From Vicinamibacterales bacterium (GTDB lineage Bacteria > Acidobacteriota > Vicinamibacteria > Vicinamibacterales > CAVVIG01), in NCBI GenBank assembly GCA_025450765.1, contig JANWLS010000132.1, positions 1-60,687 of the forward strand: DNA of 60,687 nt, written 5' to 3'. This document shows positions 17,893 through 26,718 of the stretch, piece by piece (position 1 is the first letter of the stretch; each line of letters begins with the position of its first letter). The notes under the pieces are model-generated. The model had not been told where the DNA came from, made no database searches, and saw only the letters and a program-made list of their open reading frames with translations. The position numbers were made by a program, and so were the translations under genes.

Positions 17893-18684
17893 CTACATCA
17901 TTCCTTTGACGAATCCCCCATCGACTTGGATCGTGGTCCCCGTGATGTAGCTGCTGCGCGCCGACGCCAGGAAGGCGATCAGGTCGCCGAGCTCGCGCGG
18001 CTCGCCCAGGCGGCCGAGCGGCACGTGCTGCACCAACCGCGCTTCCACGGCCTCCGCCGTCGTCTGCTCGCGTGCGGCGGTCGCGGCTGCGAGCTCGGTG
18101 ACGCGATCGGTGCGCGTGTAGCCGGGCGCAACGCAGTTCACCAGGATGCCGTCGCCCGCCAGCTCGGTCGCGAGCGTCTTCGAGAAGCCGACGACGGCGG
18201 CGCGCAGCGCGTTCGACAGCATCAGGCCGTCGATCGGCTGCTTCACCGACACCGACGTGATGTTGATGATGCGTCCGCCGCCGCGCCGCCGGAGATGCGG
18301 CACCGATTCCATGCAGAGGCGGACCACGCTCATCAGGACGAGGTCGATCGCGGCACGCCAGTCGTCTTCGCCGATCGTGTCGAACAGGCCGGAGGGCGGA
18401 CCCCCGGCATTGGTGACCAGGACGTCCAGGCCGCCGAAGTGGCGAACGGTTGTTTCAACGAGGCGGGCGACATCGGCGCGGCGGGTGAGGTCGGCGGTGA
18501 CGGGGAGGATCTCGCTGCCCGTTTCGGCGGCCAGGTCGGCGGCGACGCGCTGCAGTGCGGCCTGGTCGCGCGCGCAGATGACCACGCGGCAGCCTTCGCC
18601 GGCGAGGGCGCGGGCGGCGGCGCGCCCCAGCCCCCTGCTGGCGGCGCACACGAGCGCAACCTGGCCCTGCAGATCTGTCTGCAT
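17893..18684 (-). CDS. SDR family oxidoreductase
   Basis: Start at ATG 18684 (MQTDLQGQVALVCAASRGLG), with an ATGA overlap on the cupin stop. NAGGPP motif and C-terminal YITGTTIQVDGG. Confidence 0.8.
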   Translation of the reverse strand: MQTDLQGQVALVCAASRGLGRAAARALAGEGCRVVICARDQAALQRVAADLAAETGSEILPVTADLTRRADVARLVETTVRHFGGLDVLVTNAGGPPSGLFDTIGEDDWRAAIDLVLMSVVRLCMESVPHLRRRGGGRIINITSVSVKQPIDGLMLSNALRAAVVGFSKTLATELAGDGILVNCVAPGYTRTDRVTELAAATAAREQTTAEAVEARLVQHVPLGRLGEPRELGDLIAFLASARSSYITGTTIQVDGGFVKGMM

Positions 18685-19046
18685 CACTTGTGAAAATAGT
18701 CGTCGGTGCCGTCGAGCCAATCCTTGCGGATCGGGCTGAAGAAGTCGAGCTCGAAGGTGTCTTCGAGCGCTTCCGCCTGGTGCTCCACCCACGAGGGGAT
18801 GTGCAGCAGCTCGCCTTCGCGGACGGTCACTTCCTCGCTCCCGAGCACGAACTTGAGCGCGCCCTGCAGGACATAGGTCATCTGCTCGCTCTCGTGCGAG
18901 TGGCGGGGCACCAGCGTGCCGCGCTTGAGATAGATCTGTGCGACCATTTCGCGCTCACCGGAGATCACCTTGCGCGAGAGCATCTCGGTGACCTTTTCGT
19001 GCGCGATTTCGTCCCAGCGATACAGGCGAACGGTGTCAGTGCTCAT
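18684..19046 (-). CDS. Cupin domain protein
   Basis: Cupin motifs PRHSHESEQMTYVLQG and GELLHIPSWVEH. Start placed at ATG 19046 (MSTDTVRLY). No obvious SD. Confidence 0.7.
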   Translation of the reverse strand: MSTDTVRLYRWDEIAHEKVTEMLSRKVISGEREMVAQIYLKRGTLVPRHSHESEQMTYVLQGALKFVLGSEEVTVREGELLHIPSWVEHQAEALEDTFELDFFSPIRKDWLDGTDDYFHK

Positions 19047-19201
19047 CGTAAGAGGGTATTTCGCCGCCGGCGAAAACACCATAGAAAATTCGGAACGGGG
19101 AGGTGCGTAGTACAATCACCTGTTCTATATTGGGAGAGGGCCGTCCGTGGGCAGCGCCTGGCCCCACGGGCCCGCATGACACGCTGCCAAGAGGGTGAGG
19201 G

Positions 19202-21358
19202 ATGAAAGCAGGAGTAGCGGAGACCAGCGGCGTCGAGACCCGGACGAAACTTCGGACGAACGGCACCTCGAAGCACGAAGGGCTCTCGCGCGAGCAGCTG
19301 CTCCAGGCCTATCGGCGCATGGTGCTGTCGCGCAAGCTGGACGACAAGGAAATTCAGCTCAAGAACCAGAGCCAGATCTTCTTCCAGATCAGCGGAGCCG
19401 GCCACGAAGCGGTGCTCATCGCCGCCGGCATGGCGCTCAAGCCATCCTACGACTGGTTCTATCCCTACTATCGCGATCGCGCGCTCTGCCTGCAGCTGGG
19501 GATGACCCCCTACGAGATGCTGCTCGAGGGCGTCGGCGCCGCCGACGATCCCAACTCCGGCGGACGGCAGATGCCCTCGCACTGGGGTCACAAGGCCCTG
19601 AACATCGTCTCGCAGTCGAGCCCCACCGGTACGCAGAGCCTGCAGGCCGTCGGTTGCGCCGAAGCCGGCCGGCTGTACGAGCGGATCGCGCAGATTCCGG
19701 ATCGCGACGAGCGGTTCAAGGCCGACGAAGTCGTGTACATGTCGATCGGCGATGGTGCGACGAGCGAGGGCGAGTTCTGGGAGGCGGTGAACGCCGCCTG
19801 CACGCGCCAGCTGCCGGTGCTGTTCCTCGTCGAAGACAACGGCTACGCGATCTCGGTGCCGGTCGAGGTGCAGACGGCAGGCGGCGATATCTCGGCGCTC
19901 GTGCGGAGCTTCCCCGGGCTGCACGTCACCTCGGTCGACGGGACCGACTTCCTGCAAAGCCTGCGCACGATGCGCGAAGCGGTGGCGTACTGCCGCGCCC
20001 GCAAGGGCCCGTCGTTCGTGCGGGCGACGGTCGTCCGCCCGTACTCCCATTCGCTGTCGGACGATGAGCGGCTGTACAAGACGAAGGACGAACGGGCCGC
20101 GGAAGCGCTGCGCGATCCGATCCGCCGGTTCGGCGACTTCCTCAAGACCGACGGTCTCGCCACCGACGAGGAGCTCGCGGCGTTGACGAAAGAGGCCGAG
20201 CTGGAGGCGGCGTCGGCCGCCGAGCAGGCGCTCCAGGCGGCCAAGCCCACCAGGGACACGGCGACGCTCTGGGTGTACTCGCCGGACGTGGATCCCACAT
20301 CGGCCGACTTCGACACGCCGGCGGCGCCCGAGGGCAAGCCGGACACGATGGTTTCGGCGATCAACCGGACGCTCAAGGACGAGATGGCGCGGAATCCGCG
20401 CATCGTGATCTTTGGCGAGGACGTCGCCGACGCCACGCGCGAGGAAGCGCTCACCGAGGTGCAGGGCAAGGGCGGCGTCTTCAAGCTGACGCACGGCCTG
20501 CAGCGCGCCTACGGCAGCGAGCGGGTGTTCAACTCGCCGCTCGCCGAGGCGGGCATCATCGGCCGCGGCGTCGGCATGGCCACGCGCGGCATCAAGCCGG
20601 TCGTCGAGATTCAGTTCTTCGACTACATCTGGCCGGCCATGATGCAGCTGCGCGACGAGATGGCGATGATGCGCTATCGCTCGGGCAACAACTTCGCCTG
20701 CCCGATGGTCGTTCGCGTGCCGATCGGCGGCTACCTGCGCGGCGGCGGCCCGTATCACAGCCAGTCAGGGGAGAGCATCTTCGCGCACTGCCCGGGGATT
20801 CGCATCGCGTTCCCCTCGAACGCGGTCGATGCCGCCGGCCTCCTGCGCACCGCGATCCGTTGCGACGATCCGGTGATGTTCCTCGAGCACAAACACCTCT
20901 ACCGCCAGACCTACAACAAGGGCGAGTATCCCGGCTCCGAGTACATGATCCCGTTCGGCAAGGCTTCGCTGCGCCGCGAAGGCACCGACATGGTGATCGT
21001 CACCTGGGGCGCCCTCGTGCAGCGCTCGCTGCTCGCCGCGCAGCAGGCAGAGAAAGACGGCCTGAGCGTGGCCGTGCTCGACATGCGGACAATCATGCCG
21101 TTCGATTTCGACGCCATCGCCGAGCAGGTGCGGAAGACGAGCCGCGTCATCGTCGCGCACGAAGACGCGCTCACGTGCGGCTTCGGCGCCGAACTGGCCG
21201 CACGGATTGCCGACGAGCTCTTCGAATATCTCGATGCGCCAGTGAGGCGGATCGGGGCGCTCGACGCGCCGGTTGCCTACTGCCCGGATCTCGAGGAAGC
21301 CATCCTCCCGAGCTGGACGACGGTGCTCAACGGGATCAAGGACCTGGCCGCGTACTGA
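19202..21358 (+). CDS. 2-oxoacid (branched-chain/pyruvate family) dehydrogenase E1 component, fused alpha-beta subunits
   Basis: 718 aa. The alpha part carries the TPP motif [13 protein letters not shown]...EDNGYAIS. The beta part is [10 protein letters not shown]...GGVFKLT...[10 protein letters not shown]. No E2 or E3 lies adjacent. Confidence 0.85.
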   Translation: MKAGVAETSGVETRTKLRTNGTSKHEGLSREQLLQAYRRMVLSRKLDDKEIQLKNQSQIFFQISGAGHEAVLIAAGMALKPSYDWFYPYYRDRALCLQLGMTPYEMLLEGVGAADDPNSGGRQMPSHWGHKALNIVSQSSPTGTQSLQAVGCAEAGRLYERIAQIPDRDERFKADEVVYMSIGDGATSEGEFWEAVNAACTRQLPVLFLVEDNGYAISVPVEVQTAGGDISALVRSFPGLHVTSVDGTDFLQSLRTMREAVAYCRARKGPSFVRATVVRPYSHSLSDDERLYKTKDERAAEALRDPIRRFGDFLKTDGLATDEELAALTKEAELEAASAAEQALQAAKPTRDTATLWVYSPDVDPTSADFDTPAAPEGKPDTMVSAINRTLKDEMARNPRIVIFGEDVADATREEALTEVQGKGGVFKLTHGLQRAYGSERVFNSPLAEAGIIGRGVGMATRGIKPVVEIQFFDYIWPAMMQLRDEMAMMRYRSGNNFACPMVVRVPIGGYLRGGGPYHSQSGESIFAHCPGIRIAFPSNAVDAAGLLRTAIRCDDPVMFLEHKHLYRQTYNKGEYPGSEYMIPFGKASLRREGTDMVIVTWGALVQRSLLAAQQAEKDGLSVAVLDMRTIMPFDFDAIAEQVRKTSRVIVAHEDALTCGFGAELAARIADELFEYLDAPVRRIGALDAPVAYCPDLEEAILPSWTTVLNGIKDLAAY

Positions 21359-21405
21359 ACACGGCTGTCTCCAGACTGCAGACTCCGGGCAACGGGCCCT
21401 GACAA

Positions 21406-21428
21406 GCGGCGGGCGCAGCGCCCGCCGC
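21406..21428 (+). terminator. GC hairpin after the E1 gene (10-bp stem gcggcgggcg/cgcccgccgc, loop cag). Weak U tract.
   Basis: Read directly, 48 nt after the E1 stop. The trailing sequence tcgcatgttg has few T, so the terminator call is tentative. Confidence 0.4.
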
Positions 21429-21443
21429 TCGCATGTTGCGGCG

Positions 21444-22508
21444 ATGACACGGCGCGCGCTGCTCCGGCTGGTTCTGGCGTGCGGGGTCCCTCCCCTGTCG
21501 GGCCCCTCCGCGTTCTCCGCGCCTCCGCGTGGTGCTAATCCTGTAACCTCCGCGCCTCCGCGTAGCGCCTCTCCGCGTGAGACGCTCCAGGCCGCCGGGA
21601 GTCTCCCCCCATTCATCTCCGGCGCCTTCCCCGACGCGCAGGCGTTCGCGCGGATCGCCGACGGATCCTTCTACATCTTCGATCCCCGCCAGCATGCCGT
21701 GTACGCCGTCGACGCCGCCATGCGCCGCAGCCATCGCATCGTCCAGATCGGCACGGAGCGCGGACAGATCCTGCTGCCGACGGCCTTCGCCAGCGAGCCC
21801 GACGGCACGTTTGCCGTCGCCGATACGCCCAATCGCGAGCGGATCCAGGTCTTCGCCAGCGACGGCACCTTTCTCAGTGGCTTCTTCCCGGCGGGTGCGC
21901 CCGCGTTCTCGGTGGTGCTCGATGGCCTCGCGATCGGCGGCGTCGGGTCGCTGCAGTACGACGGTCAGACGATCCTGATCAGCGAACCGGCTGGCAGCGC
22001 GCTGGTATCGGAGTATTCCGCGTCGGGCACACCGATCCGGAGCTTCGGCACCCTCCGGCCCGTCGCCTCACTCGGGCCGGACGTTGTCACGCTGCTCAAC
22101 ATCGGCCTGCCGCTGTTCGATCCGCACGGCGGATACGCGTTCGTCTTCCAGACCGGCGTCCCGCTGTTCCGCCGCTACGACAAGGACGGCCGCTTCCTGT
22201 TCGAGCGGCACATCGAGGGTCCAGAAATCGACCCGCTCGTGAACAACCTGCCGACCATCTGGCCCAGCCGCCCCCCCGGCAGTCGCGAAATCCCCGTGCA
22301 GCACCCGATCGTCCGCGCCGCGGCCTTCGATCGTCAGGGCAACCTGTGGGTCGCGTTCGTGCTGCCCGTCATCTACGTCTACAACCCGCAGGGCGAGAAG
22401 CTCCGGACCGTGCAATTGCAGACGCCGTCCGGCGTGGTCGCGGCCACGAGCTTGTTCTTCGACGGGCGGGGCCAGCTCCTCGTCACCCCCGGCTGCTACA
22501 TCTTCTAG
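21444..22508 (+). CDS. Secreted NHL/beta-propeller-repeat-like protein
   Basis: Signal-like N-terminus MTRRALLRLVLACG. Repeated blades of the type ERIQVFASDGTFLSGF and RRYDKDGRFLFE. Start chosen at ATG 21444. Confidence 0.55.
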   Translation: MTRRALLRLVLACGVPPLSGPSAFSAPPRGANPVTSAPPRSASPRETLQAAGSLPPFISGAFPDAQAFARIADGSFYIFDPRQHAVYAVDAAMRRSHRIVQIGTERGQILLPTAFASEPDGTFAVADTPNRERIQVFASDGTFLSGFFPAGAPAFSVVLDGLAIGGVGSLQYDGQTILISEPAGSALVSEYSASGTPIRSFGTLRPVASLGPDVVTLLNIGLPLFDPHGGYAFVFQTGVPLFRRYDKDGRFLFERHIEGPEIDPLVNNLPTIWPSRPPGSREIPVQHPIVRAAAFDRQGNLWVAFVLPVIYVYNPQGEKLRTVQLQTPSGVVAATSLFFDGRGQLLVTPGCYIF

Positions 22509-22539
22509 GGGTCAGATCTTGTTTCTTGCGCGGCTGTCC
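22506..22539 (+). repeat. Third (single-arm) copy of the GGGGTCAGATCTTGTTTCTTGCGCGRCTGTCC repeat, starting at the stop codon of the NHL-like gene
   Basis: taggggtcagatcttgtttcttgcgcggctgtcc matches the arms at 16211-16245 and 16271-16306. I found no complementary arm nearby. Confidence 0.75.
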
Positions 22540-22575
22540 TTCAGCGAGGACGACGCGCGATGTAAGATCATCCGG

Positions 22576-24828
22576 ATGGCTGCCGCCCAGATCCTTCATC
22601 CTTTCCGCTCTGTTGCCGTGCTCGGTGCCGGGACGATGGGAGCGCAGATTGCCGCGCATGTGGCAAACGCGGGCGTTCCAGTCCTGCTGCTCGACATCGA
22701 CGCGAAGACCGCACGCGAAGGCCTGAACCGGGCGCGCCGGCTGAAGCCGGACCCGTTCTTCACGGCCGACACGGCCGCGCTCATCGAAACGGGCGGCTTC
22801 GACACGCACCTGGCCCGACTCTCGTCCTGCGACTGGATCGTCGAAGCGGTGGTCGAGCGCCTCGACGTGAAGCGCGACCTGCTCGCGCGCGTCGACGCGC
22901 ATCGCGCAGCTGGCGCCACCATCAGCTCCAACACATCGGGCATTCCGCTCGCGGCCATTGCGGAGGGGCGATCGGACAACTTCCGCCGCTGCTGGGTGGG
23001 AGCGCATTTCTTCAATCCACCGCGATACCTGAAGCTGCTCGAAATCATCCCGACTGCAGAGACCAATTCCGCCGTTGTGGCGCGCCTCGGGGATTTCGCC
23101 GACCACTTCCTCGGCAAGGGGGTGGTCGTCGCGCGCGACACCCCGAACTTCATCGCAAATCGGATCGGCCTGTACGGCTTGATGCGCATCTTCGATGTGC
23201 TCGCCAGCGGGCGCTATACCATCGAGGAGATCGACGCGATCACCGGGCCTGCGCTCGGGCGGCCGAAGAGCGCCACCTTCCGCACGGTCGACATCACCGG
23301 CGTCGACATCGTCGGCCACGTGGCCGACAACCTGGTCGAGCGCCTCGCGGATGAGACAGAGCGTCGGGCGTTCGAGGTCCCTGCCCTGGTGCGCGACATG
23401 ATCGCGCGCGGCTGGCTCGGCGAAAAATCAGGACAGGGATTTTACAAGCGCGACCGGAAGCCGGACGGCAGCTCCGAGATCTTCACCCTCGATCCCGCTT
23501 CAATGACGTATCGCGAGCGACAGTCGCCGAAGCTGCCGGAGTTGGAGGCCGCACGGTCCATCACGAACGTGGGCGAGCGCGTGAGAGCTCTTTTTGCCGG
23601 CCGTGGACGTGTCGGCGAATTCCTGCGCGAGACGCTCGCCCCGACGCTGCTGTACACGACGGTCGTCGCGCCCTCGATTGCAAGTTCGATCGACGATGTC
23701 GATCACGCGATGCAGTGGGGCTTCGGCTGGGAACTTGGCCCGTTCGAAACCTGCGATGCGATCGGCTTTCCGGAGGGACACGGCCGCTTCCGCGAGCATC
23801 CGCTTCCACCCGCCGGGCCCGAGCTGCAGATCCTGCGTACAGCACGCGAGACCTCGCGCATCGTTCGGGCGAATGCGGCCGCCAGCCTGGTGGACCTCGG
23901 CGATGGCGTCCTCGCCGTCGATCTGCATTCCAAGATGAACGTGATCGGCGCCGACGTCGTGCAGATGTTGCAGGCGGGCGTCGAGGAGGCTGAACGCAAT
24001 TTCGCGGCACTCCTGGTCGGCACCGAGGCGGCGAACTTCTCGGCCGGTGCGAACCTCATGCTGCTGCTCCTCGAGGCCGAGGAAGGCAACTGGGACGAGA
24101 TCGACCTCATGGTCCGCACCTTCCAGCAGACGACCGCGTCGCTGCGGTACGCCCAGGTGCCGGTCATGGTCTGTCCGGCGGGGCTTGCGCTCGGCGGCGG
24201 CTGCGAGCTGGCACTGCATGCGGCGCGCGTGCAGGCGGCCGCGGAGACGTACATCGGGCTCGTCGAGGTCGGGGTCGGCCTCATCCCGGCCGGCGGCGGC
24301 ACAACCGCCATGCTGGCTCGAGCCACCGAGCACCTCACGCCCGAGCAGCAGCGAAACCTGATCAACGTCGTCAAGCCGGTGTTCGAGACGATGGCGCTCG
24401 GCAAGGTGTCGACGAGTGGACCTGACGCACGTCGCCTGGGTTATCTGAGCGAGGCGGATGGGATCACGATGAACCGCGACCGCCTGATGGCCGACGCAAA
24501 ACGGACGGCGCTCGCACTCGCCGCGGACGGTTATCATCCGCCGGCCCGGTGGACCAACATTCGCGTGGGTGGCGACGATGTGCGCGCGGCACTGACGATC
24601 GGTATCCACCTCGCATGGCGAGCCGGGCAGGCCACCGACCACGACGCAGTCATCGCGCGAGCGCTGGCGGGCATCCTGGCGGGCGGCGCGCTGCCACACG
24701 CGACGACGGTCGACGAAACGTATCTGCTCGACCTCGAGCGGGAGGCGTTCCTGCGCCTGTGCGGCGAGGCGAAAACGCGCGACCGGATCCGTTACACGCT
24801 GAAGACCGGAAAGACGCTGAGAAACTGA
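22576..24828 (+). CDS. fadN: Bifunctional 3-hydroxyacyl-CoA dehydrogenase (N-terminal) / enoyl-CoA hydratase-like (C-terminal), FadN-type
   Basis: VAVLGAGTMGAQIAAH Rossmann fold and 3HCDH domain, followed by a crotonase-like region (FSAGANLMLL...ALGGGCELAL). Start at ATG 22576; the track start at 22519 lies inside the repeat. Confidence 0.85.
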   Translation: MAAAQILHPFRSVAVLGAGTMGAQIAAHVANAGVPVLLLDIDAKTAREGLNRARRLKPDPFFTADTAALIETGGFDTHLARLSSCDWIVEAVVERLDVKRDLLARVDAHRAAGATISSNTSGIPLAAIAEGRSDNFRRCWVGAHFFNPPRYLKLLEIIPTAETNSAVVARLGDFADHFLGKGVVVARDTPNFIANRIGLYGLMRIFDVLASGRYTIEEIDAITGPALGRPKSATFRTVDITGVDIVGHVADNLVERLADETERRAFEVPALVRDMIARGWLGEKSGQGFYKRDRKPDGSSEIFTLDPASMTYRERQSPKLPELEAARSITNVGERVRALFAGRGRVGEFLRETLAPTLLYTTVVAPSIASSIDDVDHAMQWGFGWELGPFETCDAIGFPEGHGRFREHPLPPAGPELQILRTARETSRIVRANAAASLVDLGDGVLAVDLHSKMNVIGADVVQMLQAGVEEAERNFAALLVGTEAANFSAGANLMLLLLEAEEGNWDEIDLMVRTFQQTTASLRYAQVPVMVCPAGLALGGGCELALHAARVQAAAETYIGLVEVGVGLIPAGGGTTAMLARATEHLTPEQQRNLINVVKPVFETMALGKVSTSGPDARRLGYLSEADGITMNRDRLMADAKRTALALAADGYHPPARWTNIRVGGDDVRAALTIGIHLAWRAGQATDHDAVIARALAGILAGGALPHATTVDETYLLDLEREAFLRLCGEAKTRDRIRYTLKTGKTLRN

Positions 24829-24865
24829 GCCCGTGGTGGCCTAACGGGAATTCACCGAATCCCCC

Positions 24866-25516
24866 ATGTCCGATCGCATCCATCAAATCACCGGCTCCGC
24901 CGGTCCCCTCGAAGTGCTGCTCGACGAACCGGTGGGTCGTGAGCCCGGCCAGGCGCCGCGCGCCGCGGTCGTCCTCGGCCATCCACATCCGCTGTATGGC
25001 GGGACGATGCACACGAAGGGGTTGTACCAAGCGGCGAAGGGACTGAGCCGGATTGGCTGTGCGGTGCTGCGATTCAATTTCCGCGGCGTTGGCAAGAGTG
25101 CCGGCACCTTCGACAACGGCCCGGGCGAGATGGACGACTTCCGGTCCGGCCTCGAGCTCATGTCGAACCGTTATCCCGGCGCGCCGCTCTGGGCTGGTGG
25201 ATTTTCGTTCGGCTCGTGGATCGGCCTCACCGTCGGCGCGGCCGACGATCGCGTCTCGGCGCTCATCGGCATCGCCCCACCGCTCGAGAAATACGACTTC
25301 TCGGCGCTCAAGGACAGCGCGAAGCCGAAGTTCTTCATCCAGGGCGAGCGCGACGAGATCTGCCCGCTGAAGGTGCTGCGGCAGTTCTACGGCCAGCTGC
25401 TCGAGCCGAAGGAGATGGTCGTCATCGATGGGGCCAATCACCTGTTCGACGGCCAGGCGAGCCAGGTCGGAGATGCGATCGAGGAACTGCTGAGCGACTA
25501 CCCCTCGGGTGCCTGA
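24866..25516 (+). CDS. Alpha/beta hydrolase (COG2945-like)
   Basis: HPHPLYGGTMHTKG, nucleophile elbow GFSFGS, and C-terminal ANHLFDG. Confidence 0.75.
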   Translation: MSDRIHQITGSAGPLEVLLDEPVGREPGQAPRAAVVLGHPHPLYGGTMHTKGLYQAAKGLSRIGCAVLRFNFRGVGKSAGTFDNGPGEMDDFRSGLELMSNRYPGAPLWAGGFSFGSWIGLTVGAADDRVSALIGIAPPLEKYDFSALKDSAKPKFFIQGERDEICPLKVLRQFYGQLLEPKEMVVIDGANHLFDGQASQVGDAIEELLSDYPSGA

Positions 25517-25648
25517 CGCCCGGTTCAGCGCATCGCACGCGGCGCTGGACGCCGACCGGCTGGCGGACATATCATCCGCGCCGAGAGGTGCCCGACCCGC
25601 TTCCACAGCTTTGCGCATCTTGAACAATCTCACAGAGGCAACCAGCGC

Positions 25649-26638
25649 ATGAATCGCAGACAGTTCGTCCAGGGCTCGGCGGCCGCGTTCATCGCCTCCC
25701 GCCTGCCGCATCTCGCCGCCCAGACCTCGGCGGCGCCCCAGGTGAAGATGATTCGGACGCAGGTGCTCGAGATCGGCTATCACGAGTACGGCGATCCGTC
25801 AGGCTTCCCCGTCATCCTGCTGCACGGATTCCCGGACGACGCGCATGCGTACGATGGCGTCGGCCCGGCGCTCGCGAAGGCTGGTTACCGCGCGCTGGCC
25901 GTATACCTCCGCGGATACGGACCGACGCGATTTCTGGATCCGGCCGCGCCGCGCACGGCGGAACAGGCGGCGATTGGACAGGACGTCATCGACCTCGCCG
26001 ACGCGTTGCACCTGGAGCGATTCGCCGTCTCCGGCTTCGATTGGGGCGGCCGCGCCGCCTGCATCGCCGCCGCGCTCCATCCCGATCGCGTGCGAGCCGC
26101 CGTGCTGGTGGGCGGCTATTCGATTCAGGACACCATCGATCCGCCCCGCGCGATGCCGCCGGAAGCCGCGCGCCGGTCCTGGTATCAGTGGTACTTCAAC
26201 ACCGAGGCCGGGCAAATCGGTCTGGAGCAGACACGCCGGCCGCTGTGCGAGTTGCTGTGGCGGGAATGGTCGCCGACCTGGCATTTCAGCGAGGAGATGT
26301 ACAGCCTCACGGCCGCATCCTTCGAGAATCCCGACTTCGTCGGCTGCGTCATCCACTCCTATCGCCATCGGCATCGGAACGCGCCCGGCGAGCCGCGGTT
26401 CCTGGAAACGGAGCGGCAACTCGCCAGGCGGCCGCCGATCACCGTACCGACGATCGTCCTCCACGGCGGAGACGACGCATTCGGGCATCCGGCGGCGGAG
26501 ATCACGGCCGGGGATCGCAAAACCTTTCCGCACCTCGTCGACAAGCGCATCGTCGATGGCGCGGGGCATTTCGTGCCGCACGAAAAACCCGAGGCGGTGA
26601 CGACGGCGATCATCGACGTGCTGGGCGCCACGAAGTAA
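25649..26638 (+). CDS. Tat-exported alpha/beta hydrolase, epoxide hydrolase/haloacid dehalogenase-like (Asp nucleophile)
   Basis: Twin-arginine signal MNRRQFVQGSAAAF. HGFPDD oxyanion motif, GFDWGG nucleophile, and C-terminal GAGHFVPHE. Confidence 0.75.
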   Translation: MNRRQFVQGSAAAFIASRLPHLAAQTSAAPQVKMIRTQVLEIGYHEYGDPSGFPVILLHGFPDDAHAYDGVGPALAKAGYRALAVYLRGYGPTRFLDPAAPRTAEQAAIGQDVIDLADALHLERFAVSGFDWGGRAACIAAALHPDRVRAAVLVGGYSIQDTIDPPRAMPPEAARRSWYQWYFNTEAGQIGLEQTRRPLCELLWREWSPTWHFSEEMYSLTAASFENPDFVGCVIHSYRHRHRNAPGEPRFLETERQLARRPPITVPTIVLHGGDDAFGHPAAEITAGDRKTFPHLVDKRIVDGAGHFVPHEKPEAVTTAIIDVLGATK

Positions 26639-26718
26639 GTCGCGCGGCTTCGAACGCGTCTGAGCTTGACAGCATGCGGCGTCGGCATCATGCTGCTCGG
26701 ATTCAAAGGGAGCGTCCG

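Noticed and set aside
21515-21563. The 16-bp direct repeat ctccgcgcctccgcgt, present twice (21515-21530 and 21548-21563).
   Set aside because: It lies inside the N-terminal linker of the NHL-like protein and encodes the SAPPR...SAPPR low-complexity repeat. Nothing suggests a regulatory or CRISPR-like role.
26041-26718. The upstream 226 codons of the 427-aa ORF 26041-27324, which would give a much larger NHLP-containing protein.
   Set aside because: It overlaps the alpha/beta hydrolase gene (25649-26638) in another frame with an Arg-rich translation. ATG 26719 has an RBS-like AAAGGGA, and the NHLP homology starts just after it.
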